DNA from: an uncultured virus (IMG/VR IMGVR_UViG_3300037467_000874)
Lineage: Duplodnaviria; Heunggongvirae; Uroviricota; Caudoviricetes
Length of the DNA: 55,156 nucleotides
Strand: one strand, 5' to 3'
Virus record (IMG/VR): IMGVR_UViG_3300037467_000874
Every line of letters starts with the position of its first letter. The first letter of the stretch is position 1. Below the pieces are notes generated by a model, which worked only from the letters and a program-made list of their open reading frames with translations, was not told the origin of the DNA and made no database searches. Below are positions 54,987-55,156 of this stretch, one piece after another. A program made the translations under genes and the position numbers.

Positions 54987-55154
54987 TTATTCAGCGGCTG
55001 TTTCTTCGTTTCTATCATTGAAATATTTCGTATACTTTTGCAATTCGTATTCCGTTAATTCATCATATGTAGTACGTTTCATGAATTCCAGAACAGCCAT
55101 ATTGTCAATGACTACCAAACGAAATAATGGGCTATCATCCATGCGCGTTCCTTG
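54987..55154 (-). CDS. Partial cassette gene (5' end probably outside the window)
   Basis: Open frame ...QGTRMDDSPLFRLVVIDNMAVLEFMKRTTYDELTEYELQKYTKYFNDRNEETAAE*, with stop in the hairpin loop. Confidence 0.6.
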   Translation of the reverse strand, partial: QGTRMDDSPLFRLVVIDNMAVLEFMKRTTYDELTEYELQKYTKYFNDRNEETAAE

Positions 55155-55156
55155 TT

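Larger units (their letters stand above)
43725..55000 (-). repeat. Dispersed modular intergenic repeat, at least 29 copies, delimiting a gene-cassette-like array
   Basis: Plus-strand core C(G/A)C(G/A/T)ACAC ends at 43751, 44069, 46525, 46852, 47382, 47980, 48296, 48567, 48844, 49198, 49311, 49597, 49919, 50275, 50446, 50948, 51181, 51604, 51916, 52274, 52519, 52800, 53102, 53573, 53843, 54122, 54461, 54698 and 54975. Each is followed by an inverted repeat, and most are preceded by CATCCATCCT or CATCATTCC (RBS) plus GTTT(T)AG or GTTATT. Confidence 0.95.

Noticed and set aside
46500..55000. CRISPR array interpretation of the repeats
   Set aside because: The intervening sequences are 100-600 bp complete genes, the repeats vary in length and sequence, and no cas genes are in the window.
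46500..55000. Classical integron attC sites
   Set aside because: GTTTAG superficially resembles GTTRRRY, but I could not find paired RYYYAAC/GTTRRRY ends or L boxes, and there is no intI.
46500..55000. Elements as plain rho-independent terminators plus sigmaA promoters
   Set aside because: No long U-tract follows the hairpin on the coding strand and no -35/-10 pair with 17-bp spacing is consistently present. This would also not explain the invariant core. Weak or antisense termination is not excluded.
46500..55000. Known self-cleaving ribozyme (hammerhead, pistol, twister)
   Set aside because: Diagnostic cores such as CUGAnGA/GAAA were not seen by eye; an Rfam search is still needed.
1..55156. 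tRNA, rRNA, intron, intein or IS elements
   Set aside because: None recognised by eye, and the visible nrdA portion reads continuously. tRNAscan-SE or Infernal would be needed to exclude small RNAs.

Overview
AT-rich segment of a large Bacillota (Bacillus-like) phage or prophage related to SPbeta-type phages; essentially every real gene lies on the minus strand. Product calls come from motif recognition and remembered similarity, not database searches. Positions 1-20 kb hold a DNA metabolism and replication block: class I ribonucleotide reductase alpha (truncated by the window edge), SPFH protein, RecJ, primase, DnaB-like helicase, SAM decarboxylase, nucleotide kinase, lytic transglycosylase, AAA ATPase and an SSB-like protein. 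Positions 20-43 kb hold accessory genes: YqeY, an RNA-repair-like trio, deoxyribonucleotidase, an ACP-like protein, a YopR/MrpR-like repressor with a YopQ-like partner, a 2OG-Fe(II) oxygenase-like protein, a SpoVK/CbbX AAA ATPase, a DUF262 protein and two kinases, driven by near-consensus sigmaA promoters. The most striking part is 43.7-55.1 kb: an array of short unrelated genes separated by at least 29 copies of a modular element (coding strand: variable GC-rich hairpin, GTGT(C/T/A)G(C/T)G core, often a second variable stem, TAAAAC/AAATAAC, AGGATGGATG ribosome-binding segment). Neighbouring copies are identical up to the core, and the two halves reassort around it, which suggests an integron-like gene-cassette array. 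Eleven Bacillus-type parS palindromes lie at 36.8-55 kb, eight inside these elements. A 36-bp imperfect inverted repeat around an AT-rich core at 29.07-29.20 kb is a candidate origin or operator.
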